A stretch of DNA of 64,000 bases, taken from Monocercomonoides exilis PA203 (Eukaryota; Protista; Preaxostyla). Both the position numbers and the translations under genes were made by a program. Below the pieces are notes generated by a model. The model saw nothing but the letters and a program-made list of their open reading frames with translations. It did not search any database and was not told the origin of the DNA. Numbering within the stretch: the first letter of the stretch is position 1; every line of letters begins with the position of its first letter. Positions 52,001-64,000 of this stretch are shown piece after piece. The stretch lies in the NCBI GenBank assembly GCA_001643675.2, contig LSRY02000044.1, positions 620,001-684,000 on the forward strand. The letters run 5' to 3'.

Positions 52001-55000
52001 TGATTGAGAAGGAGAAGAAGAGAAGCAGGAGAAGAAGAGAAAGAGAAAGAGAAAGAGAAAGAGAACACAAAAGAAACGAAAAACAAGGGAAATTCAATGA
52101 AAAACAGATTTCTCCGAAGAAAATGAGTAAAAGAAGTGAGAAAAATGAAGATGAATTGGAAAATGTTAAAGTTATCAGAGCAGAAGATGTTGTGTTCTAC
52201 TCAACAAAAGAAGAAAATGCGACTTCTTCAAACAATAAACTAGAATCATCATCATCTTCTTCTTCATCTTCATCTTCTTCTCTTCTCCCTCAATCTTCAC
52301 CTTCAACCCCTCCTCTTCATTTCCTCTCTTCTCCTTCACAACTTCCTAATTCTCATTTTCCTTCTTCCTCCTCTTCCTCTTCTTCCTCCTCTTTTTCTCC
52401 TTCTTCTCTTCCTTCTTCTCCGTTTCGTCAGCATTCTCTTCAGAACACTCCTTCTTCTGTTCATTCTCTTTCTTCTCTCTTCTCCTTCTCTTGCGACCCT
52501 CTTCCCAATCCAAATACCCTATTTTCAGCTGAAAATGACCAGCTTTTGTGGAAAAGAGCCAGAAAAATCAGCATTTTGAAGCAGATTTCGATCGATTTTG
52601 ACGAAAAAACAGGAAAAAATTCAGAAAATTTGAGAGAAGAAGAAGGAATATTGACTTTATCGCCAACTTTTCGTTCTCCTCTTTCTTTCAAAAACTTGTC
52701 CCCTTCAGTTGAACACTCATCTTCACAGAAAAATGTGTTGACTCCGAATGTTATTGCACCTGCTTCCACACCTCCTCTTCCTCTTCCTCTTTCTGTTCCT
52801 CTTCCTCCGCATCCTCCTCCTCTTCCTCCTTCTTCTACTCCTTCTTCTTCCAACTCTGACTCATTATCTTCTTCATTCACAGTTTCTCGTCTGTTTCGTC
52901 CACTCCACAAATCAAAAAGAAATGCAGCACAAACAAAAGATATTCAAATACCTTCTTCCTCCTCCTCCTCTTTCATTTCTTCTTCTTCTTCTTCTTCTTC
53001 TTCTTCATTGCTACCATCATCTTCTTCATTATCTTCCTCTTCTTCTTCTTCCATTTCTTTTCTTCCTTCTTCCAATCATTCAACACCCACTCATTTGCGT
53101 AGTTCCACTTTTCATACACCTTCTTCTCATCGAAACTCACAAAATTGTTTAAAACCACTCAACACAACACAGTTTATTCATTCACCTTCTTCTTCATTTC
53201 CTTCATTTCCTTCTTCTTCTTCCTCTTCTTCTTCATCTTCTTCTTCTTCTCTCACATTTTCTCCCTCTAATTCAGTCATTCCTCTTCTGGACAATGAAGA
53301 TCGCTGTCGAGAAAGGCTCTTTCCTCAAAACGTGTTTCTTCAGCTGATTCTCACTCAAAATGAGATGTTTTACTCAGAAAGAGAAAAGACAAAGACACAA
53401 AAATGCAACAATTTGAATGAAAATAGCACTGAAAATACGAATATTCCTGAGAATGGCAATATTCTTGCTTCATCTTTGCTTTCCACACAAAAAGAGGAGT
53501 CGGAGGAGAAGAGGAAGAAGAAGGATTTAAGCAACAATCGATTGAGTCTGATGGAAAGATGTATTGTTAGCAAGCTTTCTGAGTCATTTTCTCCATTCAG
53601 TCACAAACAGAATGAAAACTGCAGTGCTTCTTGTTCAAAAGAAAGAAATTTGTGTGCTTCAAGGCATCTTTCTTCAAAGTACATAACTTTGTCTTCTTTT
53701 CTGGATGAGTCTTCTATGAAAGAGACAAAATGCAATGAAAATGGCAATTCTCGAATATTCTTTTCACCTCCTCTTAACTTTAATGACTCAGAAAAGCAAC
53801 AAATGTCTGCTTCTCCTTCGAATTCATCCAAAACAGCCAGTTCGTTTCCTTCTCTTCCATTCAACAAGCATTCATCTGATGTTCTGAATGAGTCATTTTC
53901 TTGTTTGATGCCTGTTTCATTGACACTCGGCACAAAAGCAGCAGATGCTCCTTTCTGTTTCAACCCTTCTTTCATTCCTTCTCTTCGTTTCTCGCCTTTT
54001 TTCCCAAAATTCTCTCAAATGAGTCAAAAGAATGAAAAAGAAGGTTGTTGTTGCAATTATTCGAATTGTGAATTGAATCAAACAACTCCAACTTCTTCGT
54101 CATTGCTATCTTATTGTTCTCCCTCTCAATCAGCTGAACTTGACTCATGTGGATTGGGGAATGGATATGAAGAAGTTGGCCAAATGAAATTGGAAGAAGG
54201 AATGAAAATGGAAGATAATAGCTCAGAATTGAAGAGTGTTTGTGCTGATGCGAATGAAAAGGCAAATTCAAATTGCGCTTCAGATGAAAATGTTATTCAT
54301 CCTGTTGATAAATTTGTGGACGTGAGCAAACAAACAAGATGTTTGAATGAAGAAGTGTCTTCAACAGAACTTTCTTCTTCAATCAATCTGCTTTCTTCAT
54401 CACTTCCTTGTGCGGCTGATTTATTGCCATCTGCTTCTCAAAGAAATTCCTCTGATAATTTGAATGATGCATTGAAGACTGAAACTTCATTCAATTATTC
54501 ATCTGATCTAAATTCTAATGGCCTTTCTTTGTCAAAACAGCCAATTCTTGCCTCTTTTATGAACAAAAGCAACAAACAACCTTATTCTTCCAATGAAATT
54601 GATTCATTGCTTCAACGCACAAATATGCAATCTTCCTTTGCAACCACAGAATCTACAGATAGCTCGAATTCCTCTTCGTTCTTCTACAGATCGACTTCTT
54701 CTTCTTCTTCTCCTTCTCCTTCTCATCCTCTTCCTCATTCCGACATTCTTTCTGCACAGGAATCTTTGTTGTGTGCTGAACCGCAGCGGACTTTTGTGGC
54801 AACATCACTTTTCAGCTGCCGTTCATTCACATTTCATTGGCTGGGGATTGCATTCAAGGCATTGAAGCAGTTTTTGTTGAATGAAGAAGAGGAAGAAGAG
54901 GATGATGAAGAGGAAAAGGAAGAAAAAGGAGAAGTTGAAGGAAAAGACGGAAGAGTTTGTGAGAATTCTTCGGAAAACGCTAAATATGATTTTGTTTTTC

Positions 55001-57045
55001 ATGATGAATCAAAACAAGCCAATCAGATTTCATCTGATATTCCTGTAAATGAATCTGTTCAACTTCCAAAGAATGCTCAAAGAAAAAACAAAAGCAAGAA
55101 ATCACCATTTCCTTTGGTTCTGAAGAATATGGACTGTGAACGATGGAATGAACTTGTTGGAATTGAAACAAACAAGAAAGCTGAGGAAATTTCATTAAAC
55201 AGCACAATTGAAGGCAAAGAATCCATTTATTGTCAATTTTTGGGAAACAATACAAACAGAATTGAAACGAAAGGAAAAGATTGTATCACATCATCTGAGC
55301 CAAACTCAACACCAACACTTCCAAAGTATTCATCTGAAAAGAATCATTCACTTTGCTCAAATTTGCCTTTGTTCTCAACTTTCCAGTCATTCGCCTTGTC
55401 GAATTCTGGAAATACTCAACCAAGAAGGCAGTTCTTTGACGATGGGCTGTTCATTCCTGTTCTTGCCAGTGCGTCTTCTGTTCTAAATGAACTAAATCTG
55501 ATGGAAATGCAACAGAAAATGAAAGAAATGGATGATTATAAAAACATTCAAGCTTCAACTCGTGATACCAATGGAGAAAAATACAGACTTCGCCAATTGA
55601 CTTATTTGGCCGAAGCTGCAGAACAAGCACTGGGGTGTTTGTATGAAGCAGTGAAATCTCCTTATATCAGATTCTGTTTGAGAGAATGTTTGATGTTGGA
55701 TGATCCAATGAAAGATGACGTTGTGAAAAGAAAGTTGCGAATCAAACGTGAAGAAGTTGATGGATCTGAAGTTGATGATAAAACAGAGTATGTCATGAAG
55801 ACTGATTCATTTGGAGGATATGAAGTTAATTCTTCAGCACAATTACCAAATACTACCTCTTCATTGCCATCTTCTCAATCTTCAAATGCACTACCTCTTC
55901 AATCACATCTCAATTCCAGTAAATCTTCTCCTTCTGATGAAGTATGCGTTCACTCTTTAACATCAAACACATTCACACGCTTCAAAAAGATTCCTTCTGT
56001 TGCTAAGTCAATGAAGCAGACAATATTCCTGTTGCTGTCAACGCTGACTGATGCACTTCAATCACAGGCACAGTCTGTTGTGAAGATTGCTTTGAAGATA
56101 CTGAAGATTTGCTTGATTGATGAAACAACAGAGGAAGAGGCAGCTAAGCGCTCTGAAAGGAGATTGAACGCCGCAAAGGGGGGAGAGCAGTATATTTCAG
56201 AATTTTCTGATGGCAAAGGTACAAAATCTGATGTAAATCAAAAGAATTCGTCAAATGATACAGAGATTGAGAATGAACCAACTAAAAATGGAATCAGTGG
56301 CATTTGTGAAAGAAGTTCAGGATTTAAATGTCAATTGAGAGATGGCAATGAACTTGTTGTGCTTCTTGGTCCTTGTGGTGTTCTGAAGCATTTGAGAAAA
56401 GTTTTGGATGAGGAAGCGAAAAATGGCAGGATTGAGATAATTGCAATGATTACAGATGTTTTAGTGTCTGTTTTGACGAAGGAAATGAAAAGAGACGAAT
56501 TGTATCAGCGTCTGGTTGAACAGAAATCCGAGAAAGAAATCAGAAAAATGCATTGCTCAAATTCCTCATCAGTTTCGCTTGGAAATCTGGAAAGGGGAAT
56601 AAACTGCAACATTCAAATATCTGATGCCTTTCTGACGCCTTCGTCTGTCCTCCACGATTTCACACTCGATTTGTTTGACAGCGGAATTCCGTTTTCTTAC
56701 ACAGGCTTGCTTTTCTCGCCTGTGTTGAGCCATCGAAAGGCTGCTCTGTATTTCTTGGCTGCATTTTGCAGAGTCGACTTGAAAGAAGGGAGTCTTTGGG
56801 ACAAATGTGATGCATTTCGAGGAGATGCATGTTTGAAGCATGAAAAAGAAGAAGAAGAAGAAGAAGAAGAGATTGGAAAAATGTTTCTATGTGATGATGA
56901 AGGCATTCGAGAGAATGTGAGCGAGGCAGCAAAATTAACAGATTTTTCTAATCAAACGGAGAAATGTCATGATGAAGCAAAGCCTGAAACATACACTACT
57001 AAAGTTGTTATTAATCAAATAAAATATATATTGGAACACAAATAA
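47345..57045 (+). CDS. Large (~3100 aa) uncharacterised protein, mostly low complexity with helical N- and C-terminal segments
   Basis: In-phase GT..AG introns 47559-47642, 47747-47826 and 48286-48375 link ORFs 47345 and 47863 to the 8.6-kb ORF ending at 57045. The true start (possibly ATG 47218 plus an intron) and possible extra 3' exons to ~57320 are unresolved. Confidence 0.75.
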
Positions 57046-57947
57046 ACCGAAGTTTGCTTTTGCTTGAGATTTCTACAAGATTTTGATGTTGAAGGTAAGG
57101 TTCAAAAATTTGCTCTTCAGAAAACTTCTTCTGACTCAACAAAGTCAAATTTTTCGAATCAGCTTTTCAATCTAATATTAGGAAAACAACTTTTAAGGAA
57201 TTGGAAAATGAATTTATTAAAATATAATTAGTATTTTCAAACATCCTGAAAATGAGTCCAAAGAAAGTATTTTGAATGCAACAGATCCTGGAAAAGAATT
57301 TTATTCAATTGTTGTTTAATGCTTTTCCAGATTCGTTTTTTATTGGAAAAAATATTGAAAAAATAGAAAATAATTGGAAATTTTTTTGTTTTATAATGTT
57401 TATTTTTGATTTTCTTCTTTCTTCTTCTTTTTTTTTTTTGAATTTATGTTGATTTTCTTGGATGTTTTAATATTTTAAGTTTGTTTTATGAAAATTTTTT
57501 GTTTGGTTGAGCTAAATAAATGTTTTATGAATTTCCACATCAGCATATTTTGATGATTTTTTGTTCATTCATCATTCGCTCTTTTCAGTTTTTTGTATAT
57601 AAATTATTCACAACACTTTTTTTGGAAGTTGACATTATCAGAACACGCAAAAGTACGCAATATTATGAATTCATAAAAATAACCATACAACCATAATGAA
57701 AAGAATATCATCATTTCATTTGTTGATGCAAAAGAGAACAGAAAAAGTTTAATGATTATTAATTTTTTATTTATATATGACATGTTTTGCGATATACAAA
57801 CGAAAATGAATTGTATTTCATTTGACATTTTGCCGAAATTTTGTTTTAATTCAAAAGTCTTTGACAAAAAAGGAATATAAGAGTGTGACGAAATTTAATT
57901 TTTGTAATTAAATTGTAGTTTTATATTTTTTTATATTTATCGAAGAA

Positions 57948-59252
57948 TTGCTTTCTGAGCTTAAAGATTGCAAAGAAGATGAACAAAAAAATAAAATTAT
58001 TGAGATGAACAAATTAATGGATAAAATGGATGGAGAAGAATTAAAAGTGGTTTTGTCTAATAGATTTTTTGATGAAATAGAAAAGAAGATAAAAGAAAAG
58101 CAATTGTCCATCGAAAATGCCATTTTATTGTTGAAGTGCATTGGATATTGCAAAGCGTTGAAAAATATTTCAATTGACTTCTATGATTTTTCTCCACTTA
58201 GCAATAGACTAAGGAATATTATTTCAGAAGAAAAAAAGAAAAAAGAAAAAGGAAATAAAAAGCTGGTTATCGATCTTTGTGAATGTTATTTTTTATTAGT
58301 TTTCAGACACGCAATCCTCGAAGAAAGTCTTGCCCGTTTTTGTGTGCCTTGTCTTGTAAAAGCTGCTTCAAGGAAGAAGGAATGCGAGGAAACGCAAAAA
58401 GAAGTGGAAATGGCTTTTTTAGCTTTGAGCGGAGTAAATTCTCTGGTTGTGAATCAATTTTGTTTTTTTAACATTTTCATTCATTTTCGCATTAATTATT
58501 AGAATTTCCCAAATGAACGATTTCCTGATGAGTTGATTGATGCTATAAAGTATCATCAAAAGCATCGTCATCTCACCCAACTTGCTTATCAGTCAGCTTG
58601 GGAGTGTTTGATAAACCAGTTGCACCTTGAAAGAGAAACGAAAAAGAAAATTGCAAATGAGTTGCATTTTATCCCGGAAGCAATTCGAGAATTGGATGAA
58701 CTTTCAAGATGCGTTGATTGGAAGAGAAATGAAAATGAATTGAATGAAATAAAGGAAGTGTACTTAATAAAGAAATGGGGAATTATGATTGAATTGTTTG
58801 TGAAACATCATGCATTTCTAAAAAGCGAAGAGTTAAAGCTCATTGAATGCCTTGTTCGATTGTGCAGAACAGTTAAGGATTGCCACATTGAAATATTCGA
58901 TCGAATTATAGGTGTTTTTTATGGATTGATTATTTCAGAAACATCCAATATATTCGATCTGTTGAGAGGTCAAGCAATTGATTTCGCTTTGGAGGAAATC
59001 AGTCAAATTTCGCTGAATAGCGTGAAGATAAGATTGTGCATGTGCTTCTTTTATGAAATTTCGGGAAAACTGAAAAATCAGAAGAGAAACAGAAATGAAG
59101 TTGCAGAAATTCGTATGATTAAATCTGCTGTGTTCGAAAGGTTGGAAGAAGAAGGCTACGAAGACATTGTGATAAGCTTCCCCAAGAAGTTGCACTATTG
59201 CAATTTCAACCATTTATCAAAAAATCCAACTGATTGCTTTGTTCGTCTTTGA
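57948..59252 (+). CDS. Second member of the helical multigene family (paralogue of 41120-42654)
   Basis: LSELKDCKEDEQKNKIIEMN...VPCLVKAA.RK.ECEETQKEVEMAFLAL; intron 58446-58502; YHQKHRHLTQLAYQSAW...EEEGYEDIV. The 5' exon(s), probably from ~57782, are unresolved. Confidence 0.8.
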
Positions 59253-59742
59253 AGGAAGGAATTATAATCGTGATAATGTTGGCTGCATATTCTGTTTTTT
59301 TATGTAATTACCAGCATTTATGCTTGAATGACTTTTTAATGATGATAATTCGGATTAATTTTGAAAGTTTTATTTCCAACTAAACAAGCAATAAAAGAAT
59401 CTTTCTCAATGTTTTTTTTTTGAATTGTTAAAAAATCCTCTCTTTTAAAAAAAACAGTGCTCCAATAAAATCAACAAAAAAATTCATAAAAAGTGTGCAA
59501 AATACTCTCACAGGTTTAAATATTGAACCTGCAAAAAACAGAATTACAGAAATAAATCAAAATAATATTGATTTAAAAAAATAACAAACTGAACGCTTCA
59601 AACTAAAATATTACTCAAAACTCAAAATTTGTTGTTTCTCCTTTAAATTCTCTATAATTACGCATTTATAAATATTTAAATAAATTGCACATTGAACTTG
59701 TTCATATGAAACATCCAAAGTTTCCGACAGCTCAGTTTCTGT

Positions 59743-61900
59743 CTATTCCGGTTCCGTAAAAGGGAAAGGCCCTTCAAACTGCCACTCCTTCTGCTTCGTC
59801 TGGCTTTTCTCCAGCCAGCTGTAGTCGTATTGTGGGTAAGACTTCTTGTTCGCCAAATAGCTGCTGTCTTCCCATTCGACTTCTAAATAGTTGGATTCCC
59901 ACGTCCCACACCTGCGCGCTCCCACATCAAGAAAAGAATAAGGCCTGTCAAGCGAATAAAGACGTGTTAGTAGAAAGATTTTATATTTGAAAAAAAAAAA
60001 AAAATATGTATCAATTAATGATAAGTTAATAAATAAAAGAAAAATTCAAATAAATATGAGTTTTCAAATGAAAACAGAAAAAAAAATATCTTTCCTCTCT
60101 TTTTGACCGCAAACATCATGTTATATCCACAATTGTCAACCTCGTTTGCCAGCCTTTTAGATTGTTCTTTGATTGGATGAAACAGCTTTTCGACTTGTGT
60201 TACGGGGATACCATTAACAGAAAACATTTCCACTTGCTTTGTGTCTTCGCGACTCACTGAAGCAAAATACAAGTTCACTAAGTGATTCTTATCAATTGTA
60301 TTTCCAATGAAGAAATAGCGCTTTTTGCCGTTATCGCAACCAGTGATTTCTGCCCCTGTGTCTGTGCACTCAAACTCTGTTGGCTGTCTCATCACATCAA
60401 TCACATGATCCATTGAATTTGCATCCAGACACATTGATATATCTATTTTATCTGTGTTCGTTTTATTGTTTGCGTTCATGTGTTGTCGGTGATGAATAAG
60501 GCGCTTAGCATACATGTTTGCGATATCATTGGCGTGCGGATGCTTCCTCATTTCATTCAGCTGTTTTCGTTGAAGCTTTTTAATGGAAGATACAGTGTTT
60601 CTGTTTAATTTCCAGTTGCGTTCAAAAGAATCATCCTTTCCATTTGTCTTCCTATTCTCATTTTCATACGTTTCTCCTCCTTCCTCTTCATCCATCGAAG
60701 CACACGCAAACCAGTTCTGAAAGTCCATCGAGTTCGGGCACACCATCCGCTCGTTCCACGCCGATCTCTTCTGCATCCAAAAGGCAATCGAATGCGACCC
60801 TGTGGCCCAGCTGTTCTCGAGAATAAAGCCTCCTTTCTTTCCGTCGTGGGTCACCCACTCGTCGTTGAACCCGACAATCTTCATTTCATGCCCTCCTACG
60901 GACACAAAAGGCGAAAACGAAGTCCACTCACCATCAGGTGAAATGAAATCTTCTTCTTCCATTTTCAGACATTGATCGTCATTTCGTACTTTATTTATAT
61001 AATACGGGCAAGGAACTCGATCTGTTGTTGTCTCACAGAACTTGGAGTATGCATCATTTTCGCCTTTGGCACCAACATTGCAAGGAATGTAAAATACATT
61101 ACTTGGAAGTGCTGTTGATATTAAAAGAGGTTCCTTCTTTTTCAAAAGAAGTTGTTTTGTATCTTCAACACTGTATGTTGTGTCCATTGCCCTAACTGTA
61201 AAACGAACAGGATTTGTTCCTTTTGTTGATTCATTCAGGTTAGGGCAATCCCATTCTTCTTTTACAGTAGGCTTGTAAGCACAAAGCGATTCTGGATAAA
61301 GTTTAGTGTACAAATTTGGCAAATAAAAAATCTGATTTTCAAAAAATTGAATAAACATTTTGGACAATAAAAACAATGAACAGATAGTCTCATACCCAAG
61401 CAGATTCTCCTCCTTGCGTTGTGTTTCTTAACGGTCCAGCTCCAACTTCCTCGCATATTTTCATATTTTCAGGTTTTTGGCACTCTTTTACAATTTCAAG
61501 TCCAAATGCTTGTACAGAAAATGGAACATATTCATCTTTGACCAAAAATCCTCTCTTTATGCCATTTTCGCGATAAGAATGCTCCAAAGATCCAACAAGT
61601 GCTTGAGCCCTAAATTTTTTTTATTTTTTATCTAAAAAATGTTCATCAAAACTCACACCAACAAGTACCTCGATGAGCCTGGTCTTTATGTGGTATAGAC
61701 ATATCAACAGCCCACTTAAACGGTTGTAAATCATAAGAAAAGGATGTTGGTTTTTCTTTTGTATTCAGTTTAAGAGATGCGAAAATTGTCAGTATTATTC
61801 CCAAAATTATCGAAACGCAAATTAAAAATAATTGCGTAAAGTGAATGCAAGGATTCAAAAATGTCCTTTTCTTTTCCTGAGGCAATAAGGGCTCTTCCAT
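59743..61900 (-). CDS. Papain-family (C1A) cysteine peptidase with N-terminal signal anchor, 4 exons
   Basis: ATG 61900; TM LFLICVSIILGIILTIFASL; introns 61610-61658, 61332-61395 and 59945-60114. Catalytic motifs KDQAHRGTCWA (oxyanion Gln and Cys), FSVQ, GGHEMKIVGF (His) and FILENSW (Asn). Stop TAG at 59743. Confidence 0.9.
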
Positions 61901-62105
61901 TTCTAATAAAAACTGAAATATTTCATTAATTATAAAGGGTAAAATCGAAACCATAAATAGTTTTTCGTTAAAGTGTTTTTTTATTTTATTGTTTTAACTA
62001 TGTCATATTGTTAACAATGTTCCATCAAAATTTTTCCGTGTGTTATGAAAATTCAAAAAATTGTTTTTGTTATTTTTTAAAATTCTATCTGAATACAAAA
62101 CACAT

Positions 62106-62373
62106 CGGGGAAAATACGGACTTTCAAGCTTTTTATGCACAAAGTATGAAAAAAATGATTCACTTATATCATTATGAAACTCTTCATGATTTCAAAAATA
62201 AATAGATTTTCATTTTTGAAAGAAAACGCCATTGATGAAATAACAAAATGTTTTGTGATCTCAGATGTATTTCAAAAAATAAACCCTTTTTTTTCAAATT
62301 TAAAGATCACAAAAAGTTCATCGAAGGTGCATAATTTTTATTTGAAAATGCTTGAAGTCAAATATTTTGTCCC
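62106..62373 (-). mobile_element. MITE family A (268 bp), reverse orientation, ACAT duplication
   Basis: Starts CGGGGAAAATACGGACTTTCAAGCTTTTTATGCACAAAG (reverse complement of the 44888 end) and ends AATATTTTGTCCC. ACAT at 62102-62105 and 62374-62377. Confidence 0.88.
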
Positions 62374-62447
62374 ACATAATCTTTAATAATTTTCCCTTCT
62401 GTTATAGATTATGTAATATAGAATAATAATGAGTTTAATTTTCATTT

Positions 62448-62600
62448 GGGCGATTATTTTTGAAATCATGTTTTTTCTAACAAAATTCTTGGTTTTAAAA
62501 TTTCTAATGAATATTTACAAACGAACATTGAAAAGTTCAATTTTTTTTAAAAAAAGATATCTACATGGGTAATTATTTTTGGGATCATACTTTTTTTCGG
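62448..62600 (+). mobile_element. Two family-B left termini (degenerate or nested copies)
   Basis: GGGCGATTATTTTTGAAATCA at 62448 and GGGTAATTATTTTTGGGATCATAC at 62567; matching right ends not confidently seen. Confidence 0.55.
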
Positions 62601-64000
62601 TGTAAGTTTAAGATTATGAAAAAACAGTTTTCAAACATCAAAAATGCTTTCAGGCATCATGAATAATATCAATCATCAACTTTCAAGTCAACAATTATAA
62701 AAACAAATAGTTTTTATATGATTATTATTTGATGACCATTATAAAAAACGCAACTTGTTTGATATTTGTCTTTTTTGATGAAAAACAACTTTTACGGATC
62801 GCACATATTACATGAATGTTTATAATCTATTATGATGATGTTGCGCTATCCAAAAGAATGCAATCATTTCAATTTGGAAAATTTTTGTCAAATGTTACTG
62901 TTTTGTATAATCGTGAACAAAAATGAAAAACAAAATCACTTTATTGTTTGTTTCAAATATGCAGCAACACTATCCATTATTGTATCAAACTTTGCAATAA
63001 ATTGAGTGTCAGTTGTTTAAAATCTTATAATTCTCTCATTTAACCGAATGTTATTGTTGTTATAAAAGTTTCATTGAATTCCATATATTTCTCGTTTTCA
63101 TTTTTTCTTTTCTTTAAAACTGGCATTTTATTCTTCACAGTAATTATTGATTCGCAGTTTAAAAATGTTAATCATGTTTTTTTAAAAATTATAATTTGTC
63201 TGTGTTTCTAAGTCCAAAAGAAAAATTGTAACAATGTTGAATTTGACACTCAATTTATCTTATAAATTAATTGCAAACAGTTCTTTTCAAAGCGAGACAT
63301 TTTGAGATAATTTTACTCCATAAACAGTAAAAATAAAGTTCTCCTTATGATCGCATTTCTTTTTCTTTTCTTTTATCTCTCACTCTCTCTTTTTTTCTTC
63401 TCCTTCTTTTCTTCAGTGCCTTCCTTGGCCTTCTCTTCTTTTCTGTCTTTCGCTTCTTTCTCATGTTTCTCTTCTGGCTTTCCTTGCTAATCTTTTTCTT
63501 TTCCATCATCTGGGCTATTTCCTAAAATTACTTATCTTTTTGCTCTTCTCTCTTCCTCTTCTCTTTCTTTAATTTTTCTGTTTTCGCTTTCTCTCTCTCT
63601 TTTCAAGCCGCTCCACATGGTTTCCTTGATACACCTCCAGAAGCATCAATAACGATGATATTGAGTGCAGATCCTGCCAAATCGGTTGTTCAAGCCTCCT
63701 TTCTTCTTCCTCGCTTTCTCTCCCTGCCTCTCTTTCATCCCTTCTTCAATGGTTTCCATGAATCATCACAGAAAAAAAGTGGTGCACGTGGTGTGCTCAT
63801 CTGCACCTGGAAAATGAATAGTTTTGGTGGCAGAAGGCCAAGAAGTGTTTGTTGAAAATTTTATTGTTTTCCATTTTTGGAGAAAAGAAGGAAGTGAAAT
63901 TGTATCTTCGTTGGAAGGGCAGATGAAGCGAATTTGCGTGATGAGAGCGGCTTGAATAGCTGAGATGTCACGCAGGAGATGAGATAGGGAAATTGCATAT

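Noticed and set aside
63360-64000. Pyrimidine-rich stretch and 66-aa ORF at the right edge
   Set aside because: Possibly a K/E-rich minus-strand gene end or relic, but no supportable frame or homology.
1-64000. tRNA, rRNA or CRISPR features
   Set aside because: None recognised by eye; a tRNAscan/Rfam run would be needed to exclude small RNAs.

Overview
This is eukaryotic, AT-rich DNA with short spliceosomal introns, the standard genetic code (TAA/TAG/TGA all act as stops) and very long proteins full of Ser/Glu/Lys low-complexity tracts. The gene families and style suggest an oxymonad such as Monocercomonoides (inference). About ten protein genes are present: a partial RG/acidic protein; an 8-exon FAM172/Arb2-type alpha/beta-hydrolase with a GC-AG intron; a GRIP-domain golgin; a 5077-aa single-ORF USP-like protein lacking the catalytic Cys and His; a protein with a ubiquitin-like N-terminus; a frameshifted beta-helix/TM/pseudokinase receptor; two paralogues of a helical multigene family; a ~3100-aa unknown protein; and a membrane-anchored papain-family peptidase with no prodomain. 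The most structured signal outside the ORF track is in the intergenic DNA. Two MITE families with GGG termini and 4-bp target-site duplications (A, 268 bp; B, ~255-262 bp) are nested inside each other at 5.2-6.5 kb and recur at 43.9, 44.6 and 62.1 kb. One A copy interrupts a decayed DD35D pogo/Fot1-type transposase. A separate 505-bp piggyBac-like element lies at 46.5-47.0 kb. All homology calls come from motifs recognised by eye, not from database searches.
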